NCBI GenBank assembly: GCA_963749075.1
Contig: CAVVLJ010000016.1
Location: forward strand, 64,001 to 128,000
Length of the DNA: 64,000 nt
Source of the DNA: an uncultured Pseudomonadota bacterium
Lineage (GTDB): Bacteria; Pseudomonadota; Alphaproteobacteria; JACZXZ01
Direction of reading: 5' to 3'
The notes beneath the pieces are model-generated. The model worked only from the letters and a program-made list of their open reading frames with translations, was not told the origin of the DNA and did not search any database. Positions 20,578-31,496 of the stretch are shown in pieces. A program made the translations under genes and the position numbers. How positions within the stretch are numbered: position 1 is the stretch's first letter; each line of letters starts with the position of its first letter.

Positions 20578-21582
20578 CTAAGCCTGCCGGCTCCCCTCGC
20601 TGGCAAGAGTGCGCCAGAGCGCGGTCAACTCATCGAGCGCTGCGCTCGGGAGCGGTCCCTTGCTGACGGCGGCCGCGGCGGCTTCCAGTTGACCGACGGT
20701 CGCGGTGCCGACCAGCACGGTCGTCATCGCGTCGTTCGAGATGACGAAACGGAGCGCTGCCTCGATCAGGCCGGCGGCGTGCCCCGCGCGGACCAGCGCA
20801 GCGAAGTGCCGCGCCCGCGCCACGTCCGTTCGGTAGTCGGGCCCGGAGGCGATCGGGGCGACCGCGGGCGCTGCGATGGCATGGCGCGTCTCGCTGCCGC
20901 TCAAGGCGCCGCCCGCGAGGACGCGGATGCCGATGGTGCCCATCCCGGCAACGCTGGCGCGCTTGGCGATGCTCTCGAAGTCCTGCGCGGGAAAGCCGGG
21001 CGGCAGCGCTGCGACAGCACTCGGATTGAGGAGGTTCAGGCAAATCTGCGCGGTATCGAAGGCGCCGGACTCGACGACCCTCAGGAGCGACGGCGTGTCG
21101 CCGAGCGCCGTGATGCCGCAGAAGCGGATCTTGCCTTGCCGCTTGAGGCTCTCGAGTGCGGGTGCTACCTCCGCGATCACGCTCGCGGCGTCGAGCGGCC
21201 GGTCGCCGCCCTCCCGGGCGATCCTGTTGTGGAGCTGCAGGAGATCGATCTGCTCGCGGCCGAGGCGCCGGAGGCTGCGCTCGAGGGATGCCGTCACGGC
21301 CTCGGCGACATGGCCGCGGTCGTGGGGGAGGATCGTGAACTTGGTGCTGAGGAAGATCGCGGGACGCAGGCTCCTGAGGACGCGGCCGAGCGCCTCCTCC
21401 GAGGCGCCGTCGCCATAGGCCGCCGCCGTGTCGAAATAGTTGATGCCGAGCTCGAGGGCGCGTGCGACGGCGCGCTCCTGATCGCCCGGCGCTCCCCGCA
21501 CCATGAGCCCGCCCACCGCCCCGCAGCCGAAGCCGAGGACCGAGAGCCTGGCGCCGGTCGCACCCAGTATTCTCTGTTCCAT
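20578..21582 (-). CDS. Aldo/keto reductase
   Basis: LSVLGFGC, FDTAAAYGDG, LSTK, IDLLQLH, GKIRFCG. Confidence 0.9.
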   Translation of the reverse strand: MEQRILGATGARLSVLGFGCGAVGGLMVRGAPGDQERAVARALELGINYFDTAAAYGDGASEEALGRVLRSLRPAIFLSTKFTILPHDRGHVAEAVTASLERSLRRLGREQIDLLQLHNRIAREGGDRPLDAASVIAEVAPALESLKRQGKIRFCGITALGDTPSLLRVVESGAFDTAQICLNLLNPSAVAALPPGFPAQDFESIAKRASVAGMGTIGIRVLAGGALSGSETRHAIAAPAVAPIASGPDYRTDVARARHFAALVRAGHAAGLIEAALRFVISNDAMTTVLVGTATVGQLEAAAAAVSKGPLPSAALDELTALWRTLASEGSRQA

Positions 21583-21662
21583 CGTAATGACCGACGTTGC
21601 CTAGTACCTGGATTCATTGATGCGCAGCACACCCCCCTCCCTAACCCTCCCCCCTCAAGGGG

Positions 21663-22858
21663 CAGGGCTATCGCATATGAGTAAAGAGGTCGAAGAAGAA
21701 TTCTCTGCTCCACGATGCGCGCTTCATTTTTCGGGAGATGGAGCGAGTATCGGGATGAGCTCGCAAGATGTCGAGTGCCATTCGCCGGATGACTGCAAGA
21801 TTTTGTGGGCCGTAATTCTTTCGCGTTCGGGCGTCGTCCTCGTGGAAGACGACGTTGAGGGACCAATGAAGGTGGTTTTCGACACTCCAATGGGCGCGCG
21901 TCACATCGAGCACTTGGCGCGGCGAGAGACGCTTGGAGAGCGCCACGTAGCGGGCGGCGGTTTCGCGCTTGCCGCTGTGGGCGGTGCGCTCGGCCTCGAT
22001 GCGGGCCAAGGCCGCGAGATGTGGGAACGCCGGCGCGTTGGCCGGCGCGGCGATGACGCTGACCCGGCGCCGTTCGCGGCGGTCGTGGCCGCTTTCGAGC
22101 TGTTCGTGCGAGCTGAGCCGGCCCGCAGCCTCGGCCCTCGCGAAGCCGGCAAGCGCGGCACGATGGAGCGGTCCGTGGTTGCCCTTCAGTCCAAGGGCAT
22201 AGTGAGCGCCACTCGCGCGGACCGCTTCGGCCATGCGCGGATGACAATGCAGCGCGTCGGCGGTGACGGTACAGCCTTTCAGCACCAAGCTTTTCAGCAC
22301 GTCCAGCGTGGCGGCGATCTCGTCGCCCCCCTCGGCGCGGCGCGCCGCGATCGACAGCCGCGTCTCGGCATCCCACACACTGACCATCAGCGGCGGCATG
22401 AAGGCGCGACCCCGCTCGTAGCCGCGGCGCAGGCTCTTGCCGTCGATGGCGACAACGCCCCGCGGCGCGCCCAGCCCCAGCGCCGTCCGCAGCGCCTGGG
22501 CAAAGCGGGCGAGCGCCGTGGCCAATTCCGCCGGCTCGAGCAGCCGGAACAGCCGGCTGAAGCAGTCGTGGCTCGGCACGCCATGCGGCAGCTCGACAAT
22601 CTCGCCAAGCATTTGCCCATTCGCCTCGCCAAAGTCGGCAATATCGACCGCACTCTTCGCCCCGCACAGCGTCGCTGCCAGCGAGATGAACAGCATCGAA
22701 CCCACCAAATGCCGCGAATTCACGTCCCTCGGGTCGCGAACTTCTCGGAAAATACTGATCAGTGTTTCCATCGAAGGCCCCTCCACCAGAAGAGAGCCTT
22801 CTCAGAATCCAATTTCGCCCCGCACGCAATAGATCTTTACTCATATGCGATTCCCCTG
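21663..22858 (-). mobile_element. ISAs1-family insertion sequence, 1196 bp
   Basis: 25-bp terminal inverted repeats CAGGG(CT/GA)ATCGCATATGAGTAAAGA at 21663-21687 and 22834-22858; flanked by CCCTCAAGGGG / CCCTCGAGGGG (10/11 match). Confidence 0.92.
21668..22771 (-). CDS. ISAs1-family DDE transposase
   Basis: DPR, PSHD, IDGK, TADALH, LKGN, HWSVENHLHW, EDDAR; stop codon lies inside the TIR. Alternative start at 22786. Confidence 0.93.
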   Translation of the reverse strand: METLISIFREVRDPRDVNSRHLVGSMLFISLAATLCGAKSAVDIADFGEANGQMLGEIVELPHGVPSHDCFSRLFRLLEPAELATALARFAQALRTALGLGAPRGVVAIDGKSLRRGYERGRAFMPPLMVSVWDAETRLSIAARRAEGGDEIAATLDVLKSLVLKGCTVTADALHCHPRMAEAVRASGAHYALGLKGNHGPLHRAALAGFARAEAAGRLSSHEQLESGHDRRERRRVSVIAAPANAPAFPHLAALARIEAERTAHSGKRETAARYVALSKRLSPRQVLDVTRAHWSVENHLHWSLNVVFHEDDARTRKNYGPQNLAVIRRMALDILRAHPDTRSISRKMKRASWSREFFFDLFTHMR

Positions 22859-22964
22859 CCCTCGAGGGGGGAGGGGAACTGTACGGCGAAGCAACATAAT
22901 ACCCCCTCCCCCTTGAGGGGGGAGGGTGGGGAGGGGGTGACGCACGCTTCAACGATAGTGAGCG

Positions 22965-23495
22965 CTAGACCGGATAGACGAGCGAATTGTCGATCCTGAT
23001 CGTGTCGTAGACGCAGTGGCGCTCCTTGAGGAGGAGGCGCTCGTCATGCCGCGTGAAGCGGTCGAAGTAGCGCCCGGCCTGGAGGATGCGGGTCTCCTCG
23101 TCGAGGAGCGTCTGGAGCACGAGGTAGTTGGCCTCGGCGGCGATCTCGCCTTGGGCGCTCGCCGCGGTGACGCGGACGTTGCTCACCATGTGAAGAAGAT
23201 AGCGCGGGGCGAACATCGCGGTATGGGCGATGGCGAAGGCGCGGTCGCGGATCATCGCGATCCCCTCGCAATAGACGAGGCCGACCGGCAGCCCGGCTTC
23301 CGCGTTCTCCCGCGCGGTGATGCGGTAGAGGGCGTCCTCGGCGAAGAAGCGCGGCCACTCCTCGATGCGCCCGTTGTCGAGCACGTAGCAGTACTCGGCG
23401 TGGAACTCCTCGATGCGGCTGCGCAGTTCGCGGAAGGCCGCCTGGACGACCGGGCCCTCGGGAAATCCCGCGAGCCGCAGGGGTGCCGTCTCCAC
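22965..23495 (-). CDS. Aromatic ring-hydroxylating oxygenase beta subunit
   Basis: LDNGRIEEWPRFF, YRITAREN, GRYFD, C-terminal LVYPV. Confidence 0.88.
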   Translation of the reverse strand: METAPLRLAGFPEGPVVQAAFRELRSRIEEFHAEYCYVLDNGRIEEWPRFFAEDALYRITARENAEAGLPVGLVYCEGIAMIRDRAFAIAHTAMFAPRYLLHMVSNVRVTAASAQGEIAAEANYLVLQTLLDEETRILQAGRYFDRFTRHDERLLLKERHCVYDTIRIDNSLVYPV

Positions 23496-23496
23496 C

Positions 23497-24786
23497 TCAG
23501 AGCTCCATGACGCCGCGCCAATGGCGGTACATGGAGCGGATCGCCGCTTCGGTGATGAGCGTACGCGAGCTTCCCTCCGTGCGGCCGCCGAGCTCGACGA
23601 GGCCCGCCATCTCGCGCGGCGATTTGCGGATACCGTCCTGCACGAACTTCATCGCCTCGTTGTCCTCGAGCCCGAGGAAGCCGGCCGGCCCCATGAGATT
23701 GCCCTGGCGCAGCCGGTGGCGCGTCATCGCCTCGTCGTCGCCCTCGAAGCCGAACATGGTCCAGATCATGGTGAAGCTGTCGGGCCCGTGCGGCACGATC
23801 TGCCGCGTGCCGAGCGTGTTGAGCTCGCGCTGCACGATGAGATTGGGCCAGATGGTCAGCATGGTGACCGACCACGGCGAGCGGAATTCCTTGACGTAGT
23901 CGAGGATGCGCGGATCGGCGAGCGTCATGTTCTCGTGGTAGGCGCGGATCTCGCGCTTGCTCGCCGCGTCGACCGCGGCCCCCTCCTCGCGCTTGGCCGA
24001 GCCCATGACGCCGTGGCGCCCCGTGGGATCGACGATCATCGCCGACTCGTTGCCGGCGACGAGCAGCCCGAAGCTGACGAGATAGGCGTGCAGCAGCGTC
24101 GCGTGATAGGGGTCCTTGAGGTTCTCGTGGTAGAGCTTCCAATTGGCCGGCTGCGTGTTGCGGTAGTAGCCGAGCACCTTGAGGCCGCGGCCGTCGAAGG
24201 TCGCCTCGAAGTCGCGCAGGATCTCCGGCGTGAGATAGTCGGCGAGCGGCTCCATGCCCTCGGCGTAGCTCGCGAAGACGACGCCGCGGTGGCTCGTGAC
24301 GTTGAGCCGGCGCGGCCCGTGCGCCGAGGGATCGAAGTCCGGCGGCATGCCGCCTTCGCGCTTGAGCCCGCGGCGGAAGGGAATGCCCATCAGCCTGCCC
24401 GCAAGGTCGTAGGTCCATTGGTGGTAAGGGCAGACGAATTCCTTGGCGCTGCCGCGCTGCGACTGGCAGAACTCGGCGCCGCGGTGGGCGCAGCGGTTCT
24501 CGAAGACGCGGAGCTCGCCCTCCGGGTCGCGCGCCAGGATGACGGGGGTGGGGCCGACGAAGCTGCGCTTGAAGTCGCCCGGCCGCGGCACCTCGGCCTC
24601 GAGCCCGACGTAGTTCCAGGCGCGGCCGTGGAAGATGCGCTCGACCTCGCGCTCGTAGATCTCGCGGCTGGTATAGACCCAGTCGGGAATGCGCGTGAGG
24701 CCCTCCGGAGGCCAGGCAAAGCGGCCGTCGGCAAAGTAGTTGGCGCCGTGCGCTGCCGCGCTGCCGGCCTCGCGCGCGTCGTCCAT
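23497..24786 (-). CDS. Rieske non-heme iron oxygenase alpha subunit (salicylate 5-hydroxylase/AndAc-like group)
   Basis: NRCAHRG...CPYHQW Rieske motif; ENLKDPYHATLLH and LEDNE mononuclear iron ligands. Confidence 0.9.
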   Translation of the reverse strand: MDDAREAGSAAAHGANYFADGRFAWPPEGLTRIPDWVYTSREIYEREVERIFHGRAWNYVGLEAEVPRPGDFKRSFVGPTPVILARDPEGELRVFENRCAHRGAEFCQSQRGSAKEFVCPYHQWTYDLAGRLMGIPFRRGLKREGGMPPDFDPSAHGPRRLNVTSHRGVVFASYAEGMEPLADYLTPEILRDFEATFDGRGLKVLGYYRNTQPANWKLYHENLKDPYHATLLHAYLVSFGLLVAGNESAMIVDPTGRHGVMGSAKREEGAAVDAASKREIRAYHENMTLADPRILDYVKEFRSPWSVTMLTIWPNLIVQRELNTLGTRQIVPHGPDSFTMIWTMFGFEGDDEAMTRHRLRQGNLMGPAGFLGLEDNEAMKFVQDGIRKSPREMAGLVELGGRTEGSSRTLITEAAIRSMYRHWRGVMEL

Positions 24787-24817
24787 TCCGGCCTCCGAGG
24801 CGGTGCTTCCGATATAG

Positions 24818-24848
24818 GCAGTGTACTGACGATTGCGCCCTGGGGCAA
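24818..24848 (-). promoter_or_regulatory. Sigma70-like promoter of the Rieske operon overlapped by an operator
   Basis: Minus strand TTGCCC-17-TACACT; GCAGTGTACTGA (24818-24829) matches the site at 5876-5887 at 11/12. Confidence 0.55.
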
Positions 24849-24930
24849 CGGCTAAGCGCGGCGCTTGCCGCGCCGCCGCCGCGGGCCTAGTCTCCATGAG
24901 CGATCGCTCAGCACGTACCGGGAGGGGATC

Positions 24931-25299
24931 ATGGCGCTCGAGCCGCTCGCCAAGGAAGGCCACTTCTTCCACATCTACGATTTCCGCGTGAAGCCGGGGA
25001 GGGGCGATGAATTCATCAGCCTCTTCAACGCCTTCGATTACTCTCCGGAAAATCCCATGCACAAGTCGGCGGCCCAGGTGAAGGACGGCGTGCTGTGCCG
25101 CGACGTGAGCGACCCCGACCGCTTCTGGCTCATCGGCGAGTGGCGCGACATCGAGGTGCACGCGCAGATCCGCAAGCTCCTCGCCGAGGAGCTGCGCCCC
25201 GCCTTCATCGGGCTGATCCAGGGCGGCAAGTTCGTGCCCGCCTACGCCCGCATCGTCTCCGCGACCCCGCAGGAGGTGCTCGACAAGGCGGCCGAGTAG
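24931..25299 (+). CDS. ABM (antibiotic biosynthesis monooxygenase)-like protein
   Basis: FRVKPGRGDEF...DPDRFWLIGEW pattern; GGAGGGG RBS. Confidence 0.7.
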   Translation: MALEPLAKEGHFFHIYDFRVKPGRGDEFISLFNAFDYSPENPMHKSAAQVKDGVLCRDVSDPDRFWLIGEWRDIEVHAQIRKLLAEELRPAFIGLIQGGKFVPAYARIVSATPQEVLDKAAE

Positions 25300-25376
25300 T
25301 GCTGCCGGCGGCAGCCGCATCCGGGCGGTGGCCGAGACGGCGCCCAAGCAAGGTATGCGGGCTCCGCGCGCGGGAC

Positions 25377-25477
25377 ACCCCCCTCCCTACCCTCCCCCTC
25401 AAGGGGGGAGGGGAAGTGGAAAGCCTCGCGCCAAATTTCCCCCTCCCCCCTTGAGGGGGAGGGTTGGGGTGGGGGGT
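25377..25477. repeat. REP-like palindrome doublet (copy 2)
   Basis: ACCCCCCTCCCTACCCTCCCCCTCAAGGGGGGAGGGGAA ... TTCCCCCTCCCCCCTTGAGGGGGAGGGTTGGGGTGGGGGGT, between convergent genes. Confidence 0.85.
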
Positions 25478-25541
25478 TAACGAAGATGAGCTTACAGAGT
25501 AAAGAGCATGCCGTCTGGCAGTGGAGATACGACAGCGCCGC

Positions 25542-27635
<2,094 letters not shown>

Positions 27636-29366
27636 TCAGCGAGCGCTCGCGGCGATCAGGCTGTCGGCGGCCGCGCGCGCCGCGTCGGTGACGCGCCGGC
27701 CCGAGAGCATGCGCGCGATCTCCTCGCGCCGCGCCGCCGCCGCGAGCTCCTCGACGAGGGTGAGGGCCGCCGCCCCGCCACGCCCGCCCGCGTCCTTGCT
27801 CACGCGCCAGTGATGCACCCCGCGCGCCGCCACCTGGGGCGAGTGCGTCACCACCAGCACCTGGAGCTCGCGGCCGAGGCGCTGCAGGCGCTCGCCGACC
27901 GCCGCCGCGGTCGCCCCGCCGATGCCGGAATCGACCTCGTCGAACACCAGCGTCGGCGCCGCACCGACGCGGGAGAGCACCACCTTGAGCGCCAGCATGA
28001 AGCGGGCAAGCTCGCCGCCGGAGGCGATCCTGGCGATGGGGCCCATGGCCGTTCCCGGGTTGGTCGCCACCTCGAAGGCGACGCGCTCGAGGCCGTGCTC
28101 GCCCCAGTCCGCTTCCTCGAGCGCTGCGAGCCGGGTCGCGAAGCGTGCCGCCTCGAGCTTGAGCGGCGGCAGCTCCGCCGCGACCGCGCGGTCGAGGCGT
28201 GCTGCCGCATCCGCGCGCGCCGCCGAGAGCGCGGTAGCTGCGCGCACATAGTCCGCGCGCGCCGCCGCCGTGCGCTCCTCGTGCCGACGCCTCGCCTCGC
28301 TGCCCTCGTCGATCGCCGCGAGCCGGGCCGCGAAGCGCTCGCGCAAGCCGGGCAGCGCCTCGGGCGGGACCTGGTGCTTGCGCGCGAGATCGCGCAGCGC
28401 GTAAAGGCGCTCGTCCACCGCCTCGAGCCGTCCGGGCTCGGCGTCGACCGCGCTGCCGAAGGCTTGCAGCGCCGCCACCGCCTCGCCGAGCTCGAGGCCG
28501 GCGCGGTCGAGCGCGGCAAGGGCGGCGTCGAGGCGTCCTCCCGCCTTCTCCGCCGCGCGCTCGAGCTGGCGCCGCGCGCGGCCAAGCGTGGCCTCGAGCC
28601 CCTCGCCGCGTCCCGCGCCATGTCCCTCGCCGCGTCCCTCGCCGCGTCCCTCCGGCTCGCCGCCGAGGAGGGCTAAGCTGGCGTTGAGCGCGTCGATCAC
28701 CTGCTCGCGGTGCATGAGGAGGGTGCGCTCCTCGGCGAGTGCCGCCTCCTCGCCCGGCTTGGGATCGAGGCCGGCGAACTCGGCCAGGGCATGGCGCAGG
28801 AACTCCTCCTCGCGCCGCGTCTCCTCGAGCTCGGCTGAGAAGGCCGCCTCGGCCGCCCGTGCGGCGCGCCAGGCGCGATCGGCCGCTGCCACCGCCGCGA
28901 CTAGGACCGCGTGACCGCCGAAGGCGTCGAGCGCTGCTCTGTGGCTCGCGGGGTCGAGCAGGCCGTGCTGATCGAGCTGGCCCTGGATCTCGACCAGGCT
29001 GTCGCCGAGCCGGCGGAGGAGACCGACGCTGACCGGCTGGTCGTTGACGAAGGCGCGGCTGCGCCCGTCCGCGGCCAGCACGCGGCGCAGCAGGAGAGGC
29101 TCCTCGCGCGCGAGCCCTTCCCCGCCGAGGATCGCCCAGACCGGGTGGCCGGCCGCGGGCTCGAAGGCGGCGGTGACGCTCGCCTGGGCAGCACCCTCGC
29201 GCAGAAGACCTACCTCGGCGCGCGCGCCGAGTGCCAAGCCGAGGGCGTCAAGGAGGATCGACTTGCCGGCGCCCGTCTCGCCGGTCAAGACCGAGAGGCC
29301 GGGATGGAAAGCGATGTCCAGCCGGTCGATCAGAACCACATCCCGGATCGATAGGCCGACGAGCAT
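27636..29366 (-). CDS. recN: DNA repair protein RecN
   Basis: TGETGAGKS, ASGGELAR, FDEVDSG, VTHSPQVAA. Confidence 0.96.
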   Translation of the reverse strand: MLVGLSIRDVVLIDRLDIAFHPGLSVLTGETGAGKSILLDALGLALGARAEVGLLREGAAQASVTAAFEPAAGHPVWAILGGEGLAREEPLLLRRVLAADGRSRAFVNDQPVSVGLLRRLGDSLVEIQGQLDQHGLLDPASHRAALDAFGGHAVLVAAVAAADRAWRAARAAEAAFSAELEETRREEEFLRHALAEFAGLDPKPGEEAALAEERTLLMHREQVIDALNASLALLGGEPEGRGEGRGEGHGAGRGEGLEATLGRARRQLERAAEKAGGRLDAALAALDRAGLELGEAVAALQAFGSAVDAEPGRLEAVDERLYALRDLARKHQVPPEALPGLRERFAARLAAIDEGSEARRRHEERTAAARADYVRAATALSAARADAAARLDRAVAAELPPLKLEAARFATRLAALEEADWGEHGLERVAFEVATNPGTAMGPIARIASGGELARFMLALKVVLSRVGAAPTLVFDEVDSGIGGATAAAVGERLQRLGRELQVLVVTHSPQVAARGVHHWRVSKDAGGRGGAAALTLVEELAAAARREEIARMLSGRRVTDAARAAADSLIAASAR

Positions 29367-29369
29367 TCG

Positions 29370-29527
29370 CGACTGCCCTGAAACATCGATGCGTAGACCC
29401 CCCTCCCCAACCCTCCCCCTCAAGGGGGGAGGGGATGTCCGTGGCGCGGCAGCAAGCTTCCCCCTCCCCCTCGAAGGGGGAGGGTTGGGGAGGGGGTGAC
29501 GCTCGCTTAAGCGATCGTGAGCACTAG
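29370..29527. repeat. MITE-like element with REP doublet (copy 3), filling the bamD-recN spacer
   Basis: REP core at 29397-29497; right end GTGACGCTCGCTTAAGCGATCGTGAGCACTAG resembles copy 1. Confidence 0.75.
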
Positions 29528-30384
29528 AATGGATTGATCGCGTTCAAGGTTTTGCTCAGGAGCGAGGCGTTCATCGGCTCGCCGGTGTCGTGGTCGATCT
29601 TGACGTTCTCGACGAGCTGGTAGCTGTCCATGTACCACTGGCTGTTCGGATAGTTGTAGCCGAGCACGGCCGCCGTCTTGCGCGCCTCGTCGACGATGCC
29701 GAGCGCCATGTAGCACTCGACCAGGCGGTGCAGCGCCTCGGGCACCTGGCTCGTCGTCTGGTACTTGGCGACGACGATCTTGTAGCGGTTGATGGCGGCG
29801 AGGTAGAGCCCGCGCTGCTCGTAGAAGCGGCCGATCTCGAGCTCCTTGCCGGCAAGATGATCGTTCACGAGGTCGATCTTGTGCCGTGCGTCGCGCGCGT
29901 AGGAGCTGTCGGGATAGCGCCGGATCAGCTCCTTGAGCGAGGCGAGCGCCTGCTCGCCGTTGGACTGGTCGCGCTCGACGTCCGTCACCTGCTCGTAGTA
30001 GCTGAGCGACTTGAGGTAGTAGGCATAGGCGATGTCCCGGTTGCCCGGATGGAGCTGGATGAAGCGGTTGAGCGCGTTGATCGCGTCCTGATAGGTGTTC
30101 CCCTGATAGAGCGCATAGGCCGACATCAGCTCGGCCTTGGTCGCCCAGATCGAGTAGGGATGCTGGCGCTCGACGTCCTCGAAGGCCTTGGACGCCTCCT
30201 TGTAGCGGCGCTCGGCCAGCATATCCATCGCCTTGTTGTAGAGCGTGTTGACCGGCTTCTCGACGGCCGCGTCGTCCTTGGCCTCGTCGTCGTCGGAGGA
30301 GCAGGCGGCGAGCGTCAGCGCCAGCGCGAATGCCGCGAGAAGGAGGAGCGGAGCGCGCCTCAGATCATGCCAAAATTGCCTCAT
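29524..30384 (-). CDS. bamD: Outer membrane protein assembly factor BamD
   Basis: LAAC lipobox, HPYSIWA, FIQLHP, EIGRFY, EALHRLVE; lpxC-bamD-recN synteny. Confidence 0.93.
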   Translation of the reverse strand: MRQFWHDLRRAPLLLLAAFALALTLAACSSDDDEAKDDAAVEKPVNTLYNKAMDMLAERRYKEASKAFEDVERQHPYSIWATKAELMSAYALYQGNTYQDAINALNRFIQLHPGNRDIAYAYYLKSLSYYEQVTDVERDQSNGEQALASLKELIRRYPDSSYARDARHKIDLVNDHLAGKELEIGRFYEQRGLYLAAINRYKIVVAKYQTTSQVPEALHRLVECYMALGIVDEARKTAAVLGYNYPNSQWYMDSYQLVENVKIDHDTGEPMNASLLSKTLNAINPF

Positions 30385-30560
30385 TGCCCTCTCAAGCCCT
30401 CAACCCACTCAAGTCCTGAGCCGAAAGCGGGGGATGCCCACCCCGGGACCGCCTCGCGCGCTCACTATAGCACGCTTGGCGCGGATCCAATAGCCGCGCG
30501 CGCGGGCATCCCCGGCACCCTACGGCACGGCGCTCAGCCGCTCTTCGCTCGAGGGAAAGA

Positions 30561-31496
30561 TCAGGCGGAGGCCGCCGCCTTGCGCGAGTCCGCCTGGACC
30601 AGGCCACCCGCCGCCCGCGCTTGATCGAGCGGCACCCGGCGCCACGCCTCGGCGTCCGCGAAGAGGGCGCGCAGCAGGCGGTTGTGCATGCTGTGGCCGG
30701 AGCGGTAGCCGTGGAAATGGCCGAGGATGGGAGCGCCGGCGAGGCAGAGATCGCCCACCGCGTCGAGCACCTTGTGGCGCACGAACTCGTCCTCGTAGCG
30801 CAAGCCCTCGGCATTGACAACGCGGTCGCCGTCGACCACCACCGCGTTGTCGAGCGAGCCGCCGAGGGCCAGGCCCGCGGCGCGCAGCTTGTGTACGTCC
30901 TCGGCGAAGCCGAAGGTGCGCGCCCGCGCGATCTCGCTCCTGAAGGCGCCGTTCTCGAGCGACACGTAATAGGTCTGCCGCGCGATCGCCGCTGCCTCGA
31001 AATCGATCTCGCAACTGACCGAGAAGCCGCCGCTCGGCGAGAGCGAGGCCATCGCCTCGTGGTTACCCACCGCGACCTGCTTCAGGACCTGGATGGCGGA
31101 GCGCGCCTCGCCCTGCTCGACGACGCCCGCGCAATCGATGAGGAACATGAAGGGTGCGGCGCTGCCGTCCATGACGGGGACTTCGGGGCCGTTGAGCTCG
31201 ACGAGGAGATTGTCGACATGGCTGCCGGCGACCGCGGCCAGCAGATGCTCGACGGTGCCGATGCGCGCCTCGCCGTGGGTGCTACGCGCCTCCAGGCCGA
31301 GGGTCGTGCACATGCGCGTATCGACGACGTGGCGCCAGGTGGCCGGAACGCGCACCCCGCCGCCCGCCGGGTCGGTGCGCCGAAAGACGATGCCACTGTT
31401 TACGTCGCCCGGCTGGAGGGTCATCGTGACCTTCCGGCCGGAATGCAAGCCGATCCCCGAACAGCTGATCGGCGTCTTCAGGGTGCGCTGGAGAAT
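30561..31496 (-). CDS. lpxC: UDP-3-O-acyl-GlcNAc deacetylase, apparent ATT start
   Basis: QRTLK...GIGLHSG, TVEHL, DGSA, ARTFGF, HKVLD. In-frame TAG at 31512-31514 and no ATG/GTG/TTG before QRT. Confidence 0.92.
   Translation of the reverse strand: MLQRTLKTPISCSGIGLHSGRKVTMTLQPGDVNSGIVFRRTDPAGGGVRVPATWRHVVDTRMCTTLGLEARSTHGEARIGTVEHLLAAVAGSHVDNLLVELNGPEVPVMDGSAAPFMFLIDCAGVVEQGEARSAIQVLKQVAVGNHEAMASLSPSGGFSVSCEIDFEAAAIARQTYYVSLENGAFRSEIARARTFGFAEDVHKLRAAGLALGGSLDNAVVVDGDRVVNAEGLRYEDEFVRHKVLDAVGDLCLAGAPILGHFHGYRSGHSMHNRLLRALFADAEAWRRVPLDQARAAGGLVQADSRKAAASA

Larger units (their letters stand above)
21601..22968. repeat. CTAG-bounded MITE-like element carrying a REP doublet (copy 1, interrupted by ISAs1)
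   Basis: CTAG at 21601 and 22965; REP halves at 21631-21662 and 22859-22938; outer sequences resemble those of the copy at 29370-29527. Confidence 0.65.

Noticed and set aside
21617-22999. 460-aa plus-strand and 552-aa minus-strand ORFs over the IS
   Set aside because: Antisense or alternative frames of the transposase; their ends are translated REP sequence (PPSLTLPPQG).
27636-29423. Extended RecN N-terminus (MRGRVGEGG...)
   Set aside because: The extension is translated repeat sequence; the conserved start is MLVGLSIRD at 29366.
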